A program made the position numbers and the translations under genes. DNA of 64,000 bases from Rhodospirillales bacterium (GTDB lineage: Bacteria > Pseudomonadota > Alphaproteobacteria > CACIAM-22H2), in the NCBI GenBank assembly GCA_947445225.1, contig CANFCX010000001.1:24189-88188 (forward strand), given 5' to 3'. How positions within the stretch are numbered: the stretch's first letter is position 1; each line of letters opens with the position of its first letter. This document shows positions 12,846 through 21,072 of the stretch, piece after piece. The notes beneath the pieces are model-generated. The model did no database searches. It was not told where the DNA came from and was given only the letters and a program-made list of their open reading frames with translations.

Positions 12846-15800
12846 CTAATTCCCCTGCGCGCGCTGGCCCGGCGGCGTCGCGGCGCGCGGACCGAGGGTT
12901 GCCGGCGCGGGGATGAAATCGCGGAACAGGATTTCGTCGGTGACGGTCCACGGTTGGCCGGCGGGATTGAGATAGAAGCGCCGCATTTCTTCCAGGTTGA
13001 ACGGGCGCGAGCCGATGCGGCCGAGAACGGCGATTTGACCGCCGGTTTCATCCACGCCGCGGTCGCGGTCCAGCCCCTTGGACAGGGACAGGGCCGGCCA
13101 TGAGGTCGGCGCCCAGGCGATCAGCTCGGGTTTGGGCTCGGGGCTGAAGCCGTAGAAATTCGGCTGTTTGTCGGGCGCGGTTAGGTGGACGACCTTGAGC
13201 CCGTTCACGCCGTCGGCGACATAGGCGTAAGCGGTGGCGTTGGTGGTGCCGACGATCACGTCGTGCGCGTCGTTGATCCGGCCTTCGGCGTTGTACATCA
13301 TGTACATGAAGGGCTTTTCGGGATTTTCGACGTCGACGATCGCCAGCCCCTGTTTTTTCGCGCCGACATAGGCATAGGTGCGGGCGACATAGACGCGCTG
13401 CGGATCGTCCATCGGCACGGACGCACCCTCGACCAGGCGCGGTTTGTCGGGATGGGTTACGTCCACGACCTTGAGCCCGGTGCGGTCGGTCACGAACAGA
13501 TAGCGGAATTGCAGGGCAGAGGCGCGCGCGTCGTCGAGCTTCACAACCGCCTCCAGCTTGGGCTTCAGCGGATTGTCCATGTTGAGCACAACGATGCCGG
13601 CATCGGCGGCGACGTAGAAATAATACCCGGCGATGGTCAGGTGGCGTGCGCCCTTGAGGATGTTGTTTTCGTTCCAGGTGACCGCGCGCGTCAGGAAATT
13701 GTTGCGCGGCTCGCCATCGGCCAGCGTGTTGACGTCGGTCGCGATCAAGCCTTCTTCGGAGTCGGTGATGAAGGCGTAGTTGTAGATCGGGTGGAAGGGC
13801 TGCTCCTGATTGGTCACGCGCATCAGGTCGCCCTTGTTGCGGTCGGGATGGATGGGCTGGCTGGTGGGCAACACGACGCAGGTCGCGTTTTTCGAGGCGA
13901 TATGCGTGTCTTGGCCGAACAGGGAGAACGGCGCGCTGATGATGCGCTGCGACACGCTTTTGTTGGCGATGCTGGCGGTGTCATAGACACGCATCCCGCC
14001 CTTGCCTTCGGCGACAAACAGATATTCGCCGCGCAGTTGGAGGCACGACGCCGGGCCGCCGGCGGAATGGGTGAAGGCTCCGAAAGCCGCCGAGTTGGGC
14101 AGCCGCCGGCCGCGCGCTTCGTGTTCGGCGTAAAAATCGGGGTAGGCGTATTTGTGCAGATAACTGCCGATGACCGCCTGCGGCTCTTCGATTTCGGTCA
14201 CCTGCACGGCTTCGATACCGCCGGCGCCGCCGACCCAGGCGTTGTAGCCGACGAAATTGATGAAGTTGGTCCCTTGCAGCAGAAGCTGGGCCATGATCGC
14301 GTTGTTGTCGTTGGCTTGCGACAAATGGCAATCGGTGCAGGTCTTGGTCTCGGTCTTGCGCTCCGTATGCGGATAATGCGGGGCGAAGGCCTGGCTCGAA
14401 TAACCCGATGCGGCGATCGGCGGCTGCTGGATATAGATGCGGTCGCGGTTGATGTTCTGCGACGAAAGCACCAGCGCCGAGGTCGAGCGAATCGGCGCGA
14501 TGATGCCGTTGCGAACCGGCCCGTGGCGGCCGAGCTGGAAGATTTCGTCGCGGGCGACCTGCGGGTTGTACGTGGCGAAGTTGCGGCTTTCGGTGTCTTC
14601 GTAGTGGTGCCGCGGCGTCTTGCGATTGGCCTGGATCGGCAGATGGCAGCCGCCGCAACTGGTCGACCACGACAAATGGCAGGTGAAACACGCCATCTCG
14701 TCGTCGGGATGGGCGAGGTTTTCCTCCCCGATGCCGGGGCCCCATTTCATCGACAGATCCTTGGACATCAGCTTCGCCCGCGCCGCCTTGGCGTTGTATT
14801 GCGGGCTGCTGGGATCGACGCTGTCCTTGACCAGGCTCATTTCCCATTCCAGGCCCGGCCACACCGACGAACGCTGAAACAGCTTGTTGTCGCGCCATTC
14901 GAACCGGGGACGGCCGTCGCTAAGGCGCTTCAAGGCCAAATCGCGCCCGCCCGGCGGCGCCGCCGGGCCGCTGGTGAGCAGCGTCGGATACGCCCTCGCC
15001 GTGCCGTGGCAATCGGCGCATTGGATTTCGATGGCCGCGGCGACCTCGCCGACGATATGGCCGTTGTTGTGTGCGTCCTGCGAGAAATGGCAATCGACGC
15101 ATTGCATGCCGACGTCGACATGGATCGACGACATGTGGACGGCCTTGCTGAATTTGTCCTTGTCGTCATTGGCGACTTGTTTGCCCGCCGCATCCAGCAG
15201 ATTGCCCTTGCGGTCGCGCTTGAAGATGGCGCGGAAGTTCCAGCCATGGCCGTGATAATCGGCGAATTGCGTGTCCTTGAGCGTCGGGTTGAGTTCCGCC
15301 ACCTTCCTGAGGAATTCGGCGTCGCCCCATTTGCCGCGGATGGCGGCTTCTTCGGGGTTGCGCATCAGGATGGCGTGTTCTTCCTCGGTGGTCGGATATT
15401 TCTGCTTCGCCGGCCACATCGCCTGGGCATCGGATTCATAGTCCCACATCGTGAAGCCGAGCATCGAGTTGAGGAAGATGTTCGGCTGATGCATGTGGCA
15501 GATCATGCATTGGCTGGTCGGGATGGCGTTGGTGAATTCGTGTTTGATCGGGTGCCCGGATTCACCCTTGCGGATGGTGGGATCGGCGGTCTGGGTCGTG
15601 CCGGTGCTGCCGAATTTGGCGTAGGGCCCGGAATGGCGGGGGTCGCGGTCGTTGGCGTAAACGACGTGGCAGGACGAACAGCCGGAATGGCGGAAATCGC
15701 CAGGCTGATCGTTGGTGCCCATCATCCACAAAAAGGGATCGTTCAGGCGTGTCTTGGTGATGTTGATCGCGGGCACGGCGATGCGCAAACCGGTGGCGGG

Positions 15801-16793
15801 CCCGCGGTTGGATTGCCGGATGTCGGGTCGTCCCGGCTCTTCCAGCCGCTGCAAAGCGCCGAGCGAATTGGGCAAGCCGATTTCGGGGAATTGGGTGCCG
15901 ATGTTGCGGCCGCCGCGCTCGAAAATGCGGAAGATGTCCCCCGGGGGGATGACCTCCCAGGCGGGCAGCGGCACCAGCTCGGGCAGGATGCCGCGTTTTT
16001 TCATCGCCTCGGTGGGCGCGACCGGAGCCTTCAGCGAGGCCGGCTGCCCATCGCGGGTATAGCCTTCGCCCAGGATGTAATTCTTGAACGGCAGGATTCC
16101 GTTGTTGTAGGAGGCGCCGCCCCACAACATCGCGCCGGTCGCCATCAGGCTGCGTTCGACCGCCTGAATGGTAAGCATGTGGCAGGCGCCGCAGGCCTCG
16201 CGCGCCACGCGCAGATCGCCGGGGTTGATGAAGCGCACATATTCCGGCGCTTCCTTGATGATCAGGGTGTAGGTCCGTTCCTGATTGGCGCTCGACGGGT
16301 AATGCCAGGTTTCGGGAAAACGCGGCAACACATGGGCGCCGTCCATCGCCGCCCGGTAAGCGGGCTCGTAGACCGGGGCGTGATGTTCTTCGGCATGGGC
16401 GGATTCGGTCGGCTTGATGACGATATGGGCGCCGGGCTTATAGCCGGCGAGCGGGTCCGGTTCATGGCTCGTGTCGGGGGCGTGCGCGGCCGCCTGGTCG
16501 CCGCCGGGCCCATGGCTGCCGGCCGGACGAACCACGGTGGGGTTGCCCCCGTGGCAATCGGCGCAGCCGATATTGAGGGCCGAGTTCTGATGCATGTTGG
16601 GTTGGTCGGTCGCGGTATGGCAGGTCAGACAGCCCGCGCTTTTGGCGTCGGCTTGGGCCTTGGTCTGCCCGGCCGGAGCGGGCGGCGTGAACGCGTATTT
16701 GATGTCACGCGGCTTTTCACCCTCGGCGGCAAAAACCGCGACGGCGACGCCGGAAGCCAACAGGATGCCACAGAATATCCGCCACCCGCGCAT
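12846..16793 (-). CDS. Secreted decahaem c-type cytochrome fused to C-terminal LVIVD-repeat beta-propeller (1315 aa)
   Basis: Signal peptide; ten CxxCH motifs (CLTCH, CADCH, CGACH, CSSCH, CMICH, CVDCH, CADCH, CFTCH, CGGCH, CTDCH) in first ~830 aa; C-terminal repeats LKVVDVTHPDKP / LAIVDVENPEKP / LKVVHLTAPDKQ typical of LVIVD repeats. Confidence 0.85.
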   Translation of the reverse strand: MRGWRIFCGILLASGVAVAVFAAEGEKPRDIKYAFTPPAPAGQTKAQADAKSAGCLTCHTATDQPNMHQNSALNIGCADCHGGNPTVVRPAGSHGPGGDQAAAHAPDTSHEPDPLAGYKPGAHIVIKPTESAHAEEHHAPVYEPAYRAAMDGAHVLPRFPETWHYPSSANQERTYTLIIKEAPEYVRFINPGDLRVAREACGACHMLTIQAVERSLMATGAMLWGGASYNNGILPFKNYILGEGYTRDGQPASLKAPVAPTEAMKKRGILPELVPLPAWEVIPPGDIFRIFERGGRNIGTQFPEIGLPNSLGALQRLEEPGRPDIRQSNRGPATGLRIAVPAINITKTRLNDPFLWMMGTNDQPGDFRHSGCSSCHVVYANDRDPRHSGPYAKFGSTGTTQTADPTIRKGESGHPIKHEFTNAIPTSQCMICHMHQPNIFLNSMLGFTMWDYESDAQAMWPAKQKYPTTEEEHAILMRNPEEAAIRGKWGDAEFLRKVAELNPTLKDTQFADYHGHGWNFRAIFKRDRKGNLLDAAGKQVANDDKDKFSKAVHMSSIHVDVGMQCVDCHFSQDAHNNGHIVGEVAAAIEIQCADCHGTARAYPTLLTSGPAAPPGGRDLALKRLSDGRPRFEWRDNKLFQRSSVWPGLEWEMSLVKDSVDPSSPQYNAKAARAKLMSKDLSMKWGPGIGEENLAHPDDEMACFTCHLSWSTSCGGCHLPIQANRKTPRHHYEDTESRNFATYNPQVARDEIFQLGRHGPVRNGIIAPIRSTSALVLSSQNINRDRIYIQQPPIAASGYSSQAFAPHYPHTERKTETKTCTDCHLSQANDNNAIMAQLLLQGTNFINFVGYNAWVGGAGGIEAVQVTEIEEPQAVIGSYLHKYAYPDFYAEHEARGRRLPNSAAFGAFTHSAGGPASCLQLRGEYLFVAEGKGGMRVYDTASIANKSVSQRIISAPFSLFGQDTHIASKNATCVVLPTSQPIHPDRNKGDLMRVTNQEQPFHPIYNYAFITDSEEGLIATDVNTLADGEPRNNFLTRAVTWNENNILKGARHLTIAGYYFYVAADAGIVVLNMDNPLKPKLEAVVKLDDARASALQFRYLFVTDRTGLKVVDVTHPDKPRLVEGASVPMDDPQRVYVARTYAYVGAKKQGLAIVDVENPEKPFMYMMYNAEGRINDAHDVIVGTTNATAYAYVADGVNGLKVVHLTAPDKQPNFYGFSPEPKPELIAWAPTSWPALSLSKGLDRDRGVDETGGQIAVLGRIGSRPFNLEEMRRFYLNPAGQPWTVTDEILFRDFIPAPATLGPRAATPPGQRAQGN

Positions 16794-16801
16794 CGGCTAC
16801 C

Positions 16802-18688
16802 TCAATAAGTCAGGATCAGATTGGCCAGGACGGAATAAAAGAGGTCCTGGCTGCGGCTGGTTTCGTACAGATCGCGCAGCCCGTCGCTCGGCACCAAGAC
16901 CGCGCCGGACAGCCGGAACACGATGTTCTGCATGAACAGAGGCCGGTAGATCGCGGCGACCGAAAGGTCATAACCGATGTCGTGATGGATGTCGGCCTGG
17001 TTGCGGAGGAATTCGAGCGAGGAGGTATCCATGAATTCCAGCTTGTTGAAATTCGTGGACAGCCGCAGTTCCGGGGTCACGTCCATGTCGGTGCCGAAGC
17101 CGAGCAGCCGGATGCCGGGATTGTTGAAATTGGATTGCCCGATTTCCTTCGACGGGCGCAGCGACGGCAACACGCCGTTGCGGGGCGAAAGGGCGACACC
17201 GCCGCCGCCGATGAAGGGGATCGACTGGCGTATCCAATAGCTGGTGTCGGCGCCGGCGAATTGCGGGTTCTCGAAGATGGCGTCGAAACCCTCTTCCCGG
17301 TTGTCGAAGGGGTCCTTGTCGCCGCTGGCGACCAAAGCGGAGGCGCGCACGCGGATCCAGTCGAAATCGATGGAAGGCTCGATCGCGGCGAAATAGGCGC
17401 GAATGTCCGACTTATCGATTCCGCTGAACTGGTTATGATCGTCGGTGCCAAAGGCGTAATAGGCCGAGCCGGTCAGGTTGAGCCGGCCGAAATGCCCGTC
17501 GCCGTTGAGGCCGAGATAGTGGACATCGTATTTGCGCGGCCGCTGGTCGCCGATCGTGGCCGGGCGCTGCAGGAAGAAGTTCTTGTCGTAGTAGAAATCC
17601 TCGCTCTCGTCGTTGACGTTGTACATATACGTCGCCTGCGAGGTGAAGCCGACCACCGGGAAATCCTGCGCATAGACATTGGCAATATAGATATCGTCCT
17701 TGCGCAGCGGCTGGCCGATGTCGTTGAGGCCGCTATTGGTGTCCTTTTCCAGCCGGCGGAACCAGGCCAGATTGTATTGATAGAGGTTGTTCGAGCGGTT
17801 GCCGAACAGTCGCGCGCCCAACTGAATGTCCTGGAACACGAAGCCGCGGAAATCCGAGGAAAACGGCTGGATGCCGATGCGGATCGAATCGAAATCGTAA
17901 CGGTCCGACACGTTGCGTAGGTGATAGTCGATGAAGCCTTCCTGGAAGGCGATCATGTTGTCGGAGCGCACGGTGCCCTGGTTGGGGTCGGCGAACAGCA
18001 CGCCGCGTTCCTCGACCTCCGCGCGGTTGTATTGAATGACCGGCGTGATGCGGAATTCGTAATCGGGCGGGCGGTAGGCGGTGTCGCCCTTGATCAGCGA
18101 GGCGCTCAAGATCACGGTCTCGACGAACACGTTTTGGTTGGTGTCGCCGAACAGATCGACGGAGTTGGCGCGCCGCGTGGTCGAAATGCCCACCGGAATC
18201 GGCGTGCGCCGCGGCTCGTAGACCGTGTCCGAAATCGCGCTGAGGTTGATGAACCAATCGTCCCACAGCGGGCGGTCGCCTTTGAGCGTGTTCTGGTTGT
18301 ACGGGTCCCACCAGCGTTCGTTGACGCCGATCGCCTCGATCAGGCGCCAGCGATCCGGGATCGGGATGAATTCGCGCGGCAACACCGGCGACGGCGGCGG
18401 CACGGCACCGGGATCGGTGATCGGAGCCACGCGCGGCGGCGCGGGCGGCGGCGCGCCGGGCCGCCGCTGATCCTGGGCGACGATGGGCGCGACGGCGCCG
18501 GGTTGGGGAATTCCGAAATTGCCAGGGCTTCTCCCCGCCGGGGCGAGGAGAGGCGATTCCTCCTTGCCGGCCCAGGCCGGAACGGGAAGGCTCACCGCCG
18601 CCAGGGCCAAAATAAGGGGCAGCGAAGCCAATCCCGAAAGTCCGACCGTCTTTGTCCGCCGGCGCATCCTAGATGACCCCGCACACAT
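16802..18688 (-). CDS. Outer-membrane beta-barrel protein (porin-like, ~620 aa)
   Basis: Signal peptide MRRRTKTVGLSGLASLPLILALAAVSLPVPAWA (ATG at 18667 probably the true start); alternating amphipathic strands; C-terminal ...LANLILTY aromatic terminus typical of OMPs. Confidence 0.7.
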   Translation of the reverse strand: MCAGSSRMRRRTKTVGLSGLASLPLILALAAVSLPVPAWAGKEESPLLAPAGRSPGNFGIPQPGAVAPIVAQDQRRPGAPPPAPPRVAPITDPGAVPPPSPVLPREFIPIPDRWRLIEAIGVNERWWDPYNQNTLKGDRPLWDDWFINLSAISDTVYEPRRTPIPVGISTTRRANSVDLFGDTNQNVFVETVILSASLIKGDTAYRPPDYEFRITPVIQYNRAEVEERGVLFADPNQGTVRSDNMIAFQEGFIDYHLRNVSDRYDFDSIRIGIQPFSSDFRGFVFQDIQLGARLFGNRSNNLYQYNLAWFRRLEKDTNSGLNDIGQPLRKDDIYIANVYAQDFPVVGFTSQATYMYNVNDESEDFYYDKNFFLQRPATIGDQRPRKYDVHYLGLNGDGHFGRLNLTGSAYYAFGTDDHNQFSGIDKSDIRAYFAAIEPSIDFDWIRVRASALVASGDKDPFDNREEGFDAIFENPQFAGADTSYWIRQSIPFIGGGGVALSPRNGVLPSLRPSKEIGQSNFNNPGIRLLGFGTDMDVTPELRLSTNFNKLEFMDTSSLEFLRNQADIHHDIGYDLSVAAIYRPLFMQNIVFRLSGAVLVPSDGLRDLYETSRSQDLFYSVLANLILTY

Positions 18689-20558
18689 TCTGCGCCTTGG
18701 TAATGCCCAGGAAGGGGGTGAACGGGCAACTGACGTAACGCAGCCGAGTGCCGCGCGGGGACAGGTTGTCCGACCGCACGGCCGGGCGCGCGTTGCTCAA
18801 TCCGTTGCCCTTGCCGCCATGATAGAGGCCAAGCGCGGCGATCATGTCGTCCTGGTCGATGCCATCGCCCGAAACGCCGACGCCGCCGACCAACACGCCG
18901 TTGCGGTAGATCGGCACGCCGCCGGCGAATATCTGGATGCCGTTGGCCAGCCGGTTGGACCCGCCGGCCGCGGCGACCGCTGCCAGCCCGGTGCAGCCAG
19001 CGGCGTTGGTGGCGTTGCCGGGGTTGGTCAGGTGATTGGCGATGTCGGTGGAGACGAGGTCGAGCTGCAGCCCGGTGCTGAACGGGCTCCATTGCTGAAA
19101 GGGACGGCTCAACGGCCCCACCGACTGGCCATCGACGCCATCGGGGAAATAGGGGCGCGCGATGTTGCCGATGGCGCGAGCGCTATACGCGATGCCGTCG
19201 GCGAAAGCGGTCGGCCCGATCAAGGACCGTGCCTGGGCAATGTAATCGACGGCCAGCGCCAGCGCGGTGATTTCCGCGCCCGCGGTCGTCCGCGAGAAAA
19301 ACACGGCGGTTCGGCCTTTTTGCAGTGACACGTCGGTGCCGAAGACGGGCGCATCGGGGGTACGCACCAAACCCAGGACCAGGCCATTGGTGTCGACCAC
19401 ACTGATGGTGACCTGGGCGTAGCTGCCCAGCGGGCGCCGGATTTGCGCACGCGCCAGAAGCGCCACATCGAGGGCATGGCGCAGGATGGAGTTGACCTCG
19501 GCGGCGGTCAGCACATTGGCCGCGCCACCCACCACGGTGGCGGCGTCGCCACCGGCGGTCGGCGGAAAACGGTTGGCGCCGGCCGCGTTTTCCAACACGA
19601 AGGCGCGGCCGTTGTTGAAGACGCCGCCCGGATCGGGGATGTAGCCCGAACCCGCCGCGCCGAAAACCTGACCGGCGATGACGGCGGCGTTGGCATAACC
19701 GGCGACCGCGACCAGCGCCCCACCGGCGGGCGGGAAAGCCGGGGCCGAGCTGGGGTTGCTGCGGAAATCGGCCGGCGTGGCGTCCGAATAGCGGAGCGTG
19801 CGACCACCGGCGGTGATGCGGTTGGCGCGAATGTCGATGGGCGCGTCGAAGCCGTTGGTCCCGGCCAGCGCGATGACCTCGTCGGGATCGACGTCGCGAT
19901 TGATGATGTCGAGATCCAGGCTGTAGACACCATCGGAGATGGCGCCGACGCCGCCGACGACCCGGCCGTTCTTGTACAAGGGGAAGCCGCCGGTATCGGC
20001 GGACAACCCGGCAGGCGAACGTTTGGGGCCGCGCGTGGCCACGCCGGGGAATTGCAGGTTCAGGTCCGAACACGGCAATTGGCTGAATTGAACGCCGAAC
20101 AGCGGGCCGCCGGGCTGTTGTTTTTCGCCGACGTTGAAATGTTCCTGGACGATCTGGCTGGCCACCCGGGTGGAAAACGCGTTGCCGGCGGACGACAGAT
20201 AAGCGCCGGTGACCGCCTTGGCGATGGCCAAGAGGGTATCGGTATTGGCGATGGCGGCGCCTTCGAGGCCGGTGGCGACACCGCGCCCGGAACTGACCGT
20301 GATCGTCGTTGCGGCGCCGGTCATGCGGAAGACGCCGAGCACGTTGCCGACGCGATCGACGACGGCGATGGTGGCCAACCGGCCGCGCGCCGTGGCCTCC
20401 GTCACCGCCTGCGAAATCACCACGCCGACATCGGCGACCGTGAGGTTCTGCGCGCGCGCCGGAGCGGCGGACAGGGCGGTAAGACCGGCTAGACCCAGCA
20501 GGACCGCGAGAACCCGCCGCGCGACATAGTTCCCGGTCATGGCGGTCCTCGCGGTCAT
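18669..20558 (-). CDS. Secreted protein with two tandem GlcG/HbpS-like (DUF336, haem-binding/degrading-type) domains
   Basis: Signal peptide; motifs RLATIAVVDRVGNVLGVFRMTGA and QVTISVVDTNGLVLGLVRTPDAPVFGTDVSLQKGRTAVFFS, plus GGVGVSGDGIDQDDMIAALG typical of GlcG family. Confidence 0.7.
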   Translation of the reverse strand: MTARTAMTGNYVARRVLAVLLGLAGLTALSAAPARAQNLTVADVGVVISQAVTEATARGRLATIAVVDRVGNVLGVFRMTGAATTITVSSGRGVATGLEGAAIANTDTLLAIAKAVTGAYLSSAGNAFSTRVASQIVQEHFNVGEKQQPGGPLFGVQFSQLPCSDLNLQFPGVATRGPKRSPAGLSADTGGFPLYKNGRVVGGVGAISDGVYSLDLDIINRDVDPDEVIALAGTNGFDAPIDIRANRITAGGRTLRYSDATPADFRSNPSSAPAFPPAGGALVAVAGYANAAVIAGQVFGAAGSGYIPDPGGVFNNGRAFVLENAAGANRFPPTAGGDAATVVGGAANVLTAAEVNSILRHALDVALLARAQIRRPLGSYAQVTISVVDTNGLVLGLVRTPDAPVFGTDVSLQKGRTAVFFSRTTAGAEITALALAVDYIAQARSLIGPTAFADGIAYSARAIGNIARPYFPDGVDGQSVGPLSRPFQQWSPFSTGLQLDLVSTDIANHLTNPGNATNAAGCTGLAAVAAAGGSNRLANGIQIFAGGVPIYRNGVLVGGVGVSGDGIDQDDMIAALGLYHGGKGNGLSNARPAVRSDNLSPRGTRLRYVSCPFTPFLGITKAQNVCGVI

Positions 20559-21025
20559 TGCGCGATACCCACCCGGAACACGCCGAATTTGAAGCTGTCG
20601 GCCGTGCGATAGGCAACGATCACGTTAAAAGGGAATTCCTGGCCGGTGAGGTCTTCCTTCAACACCTTGAAGACGAGCCGGTTGCCGACGGGCTGGATGC
20701 GATTGTCGATCAGATGGTCGGTGTCGCCGTCCCAGCGCACCCAATAGCCGAGATTGCTGCGCTGCAGCAGCAAATTTCCCCAGGGTTTGGCGATGACATA
20801 GGTGGCGAGCGGCTGATCGCCGTGCAGATCGATTTCGCGGATGATCTCGGCGGCCTCCGGGCGAATGGCGATCGGCGCCAGCATCGCACCTTCAACGCTC
20901 AACGCCTCGCCCCGGCCGGACGCCGGGGCCAGCAACGCCAACGCCATGAAAAAAAAGGTAAATCCAAATCTGGACGGACCGGCTTTCGGTCGTGTTCCAC
21001 TTGGATCGTGCGCCAACAGCGCCAT
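20555..21025 (-). CDS. Small secreted hypothetical protein (~156 aa)
   Basis: In-frame ATG (MALLAHDPSG...) downstream of cytochrome stop; hydrophobic FGFTFFFMALALLAPASG signal-like segment; 4-nt overlap with next gene. Confidence 0.5.
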   Translation of the reverse strand: MALLAHDPSGTRPKAGPSRFGFTFFFMALALLAPASGRGEALSVEGAMLAPIAIRPEAAEIIREIDLHGDQPLATYVIAKPWGNLLLQRSNLGYWVRWDGDTDHLIDNRIQPVGNRLVFKVLKEDLTGQEFPFNVIVAYRTADSFKFGVFRVGIAQ

Positions 21026-21072
21026 CCGGTCATCCCCCATTTTTTTTGCCCGGCCAACAAAGCCGCGCCACT

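Noticed and set aside
13185-16808. 1207-aa plus-strand ORF opposite the giant cytochrome gene
   Set aside because: Antisense artefact. The minus-strand frame carries ten CxxCH motifs, a signal peptide and LVIVD repeats, while the plus-strand product is low-complexity RG/DA-rich
19183-20616. 477-aa minus-strand ORF in alternative frame to the GlcG-tandem gene, and 8871..10043 ORF inside priA
   Set aside because: Extremely Arg/Pro/Gly-rich, no start context, overlap real genes in another frame; GC-bias artefacts
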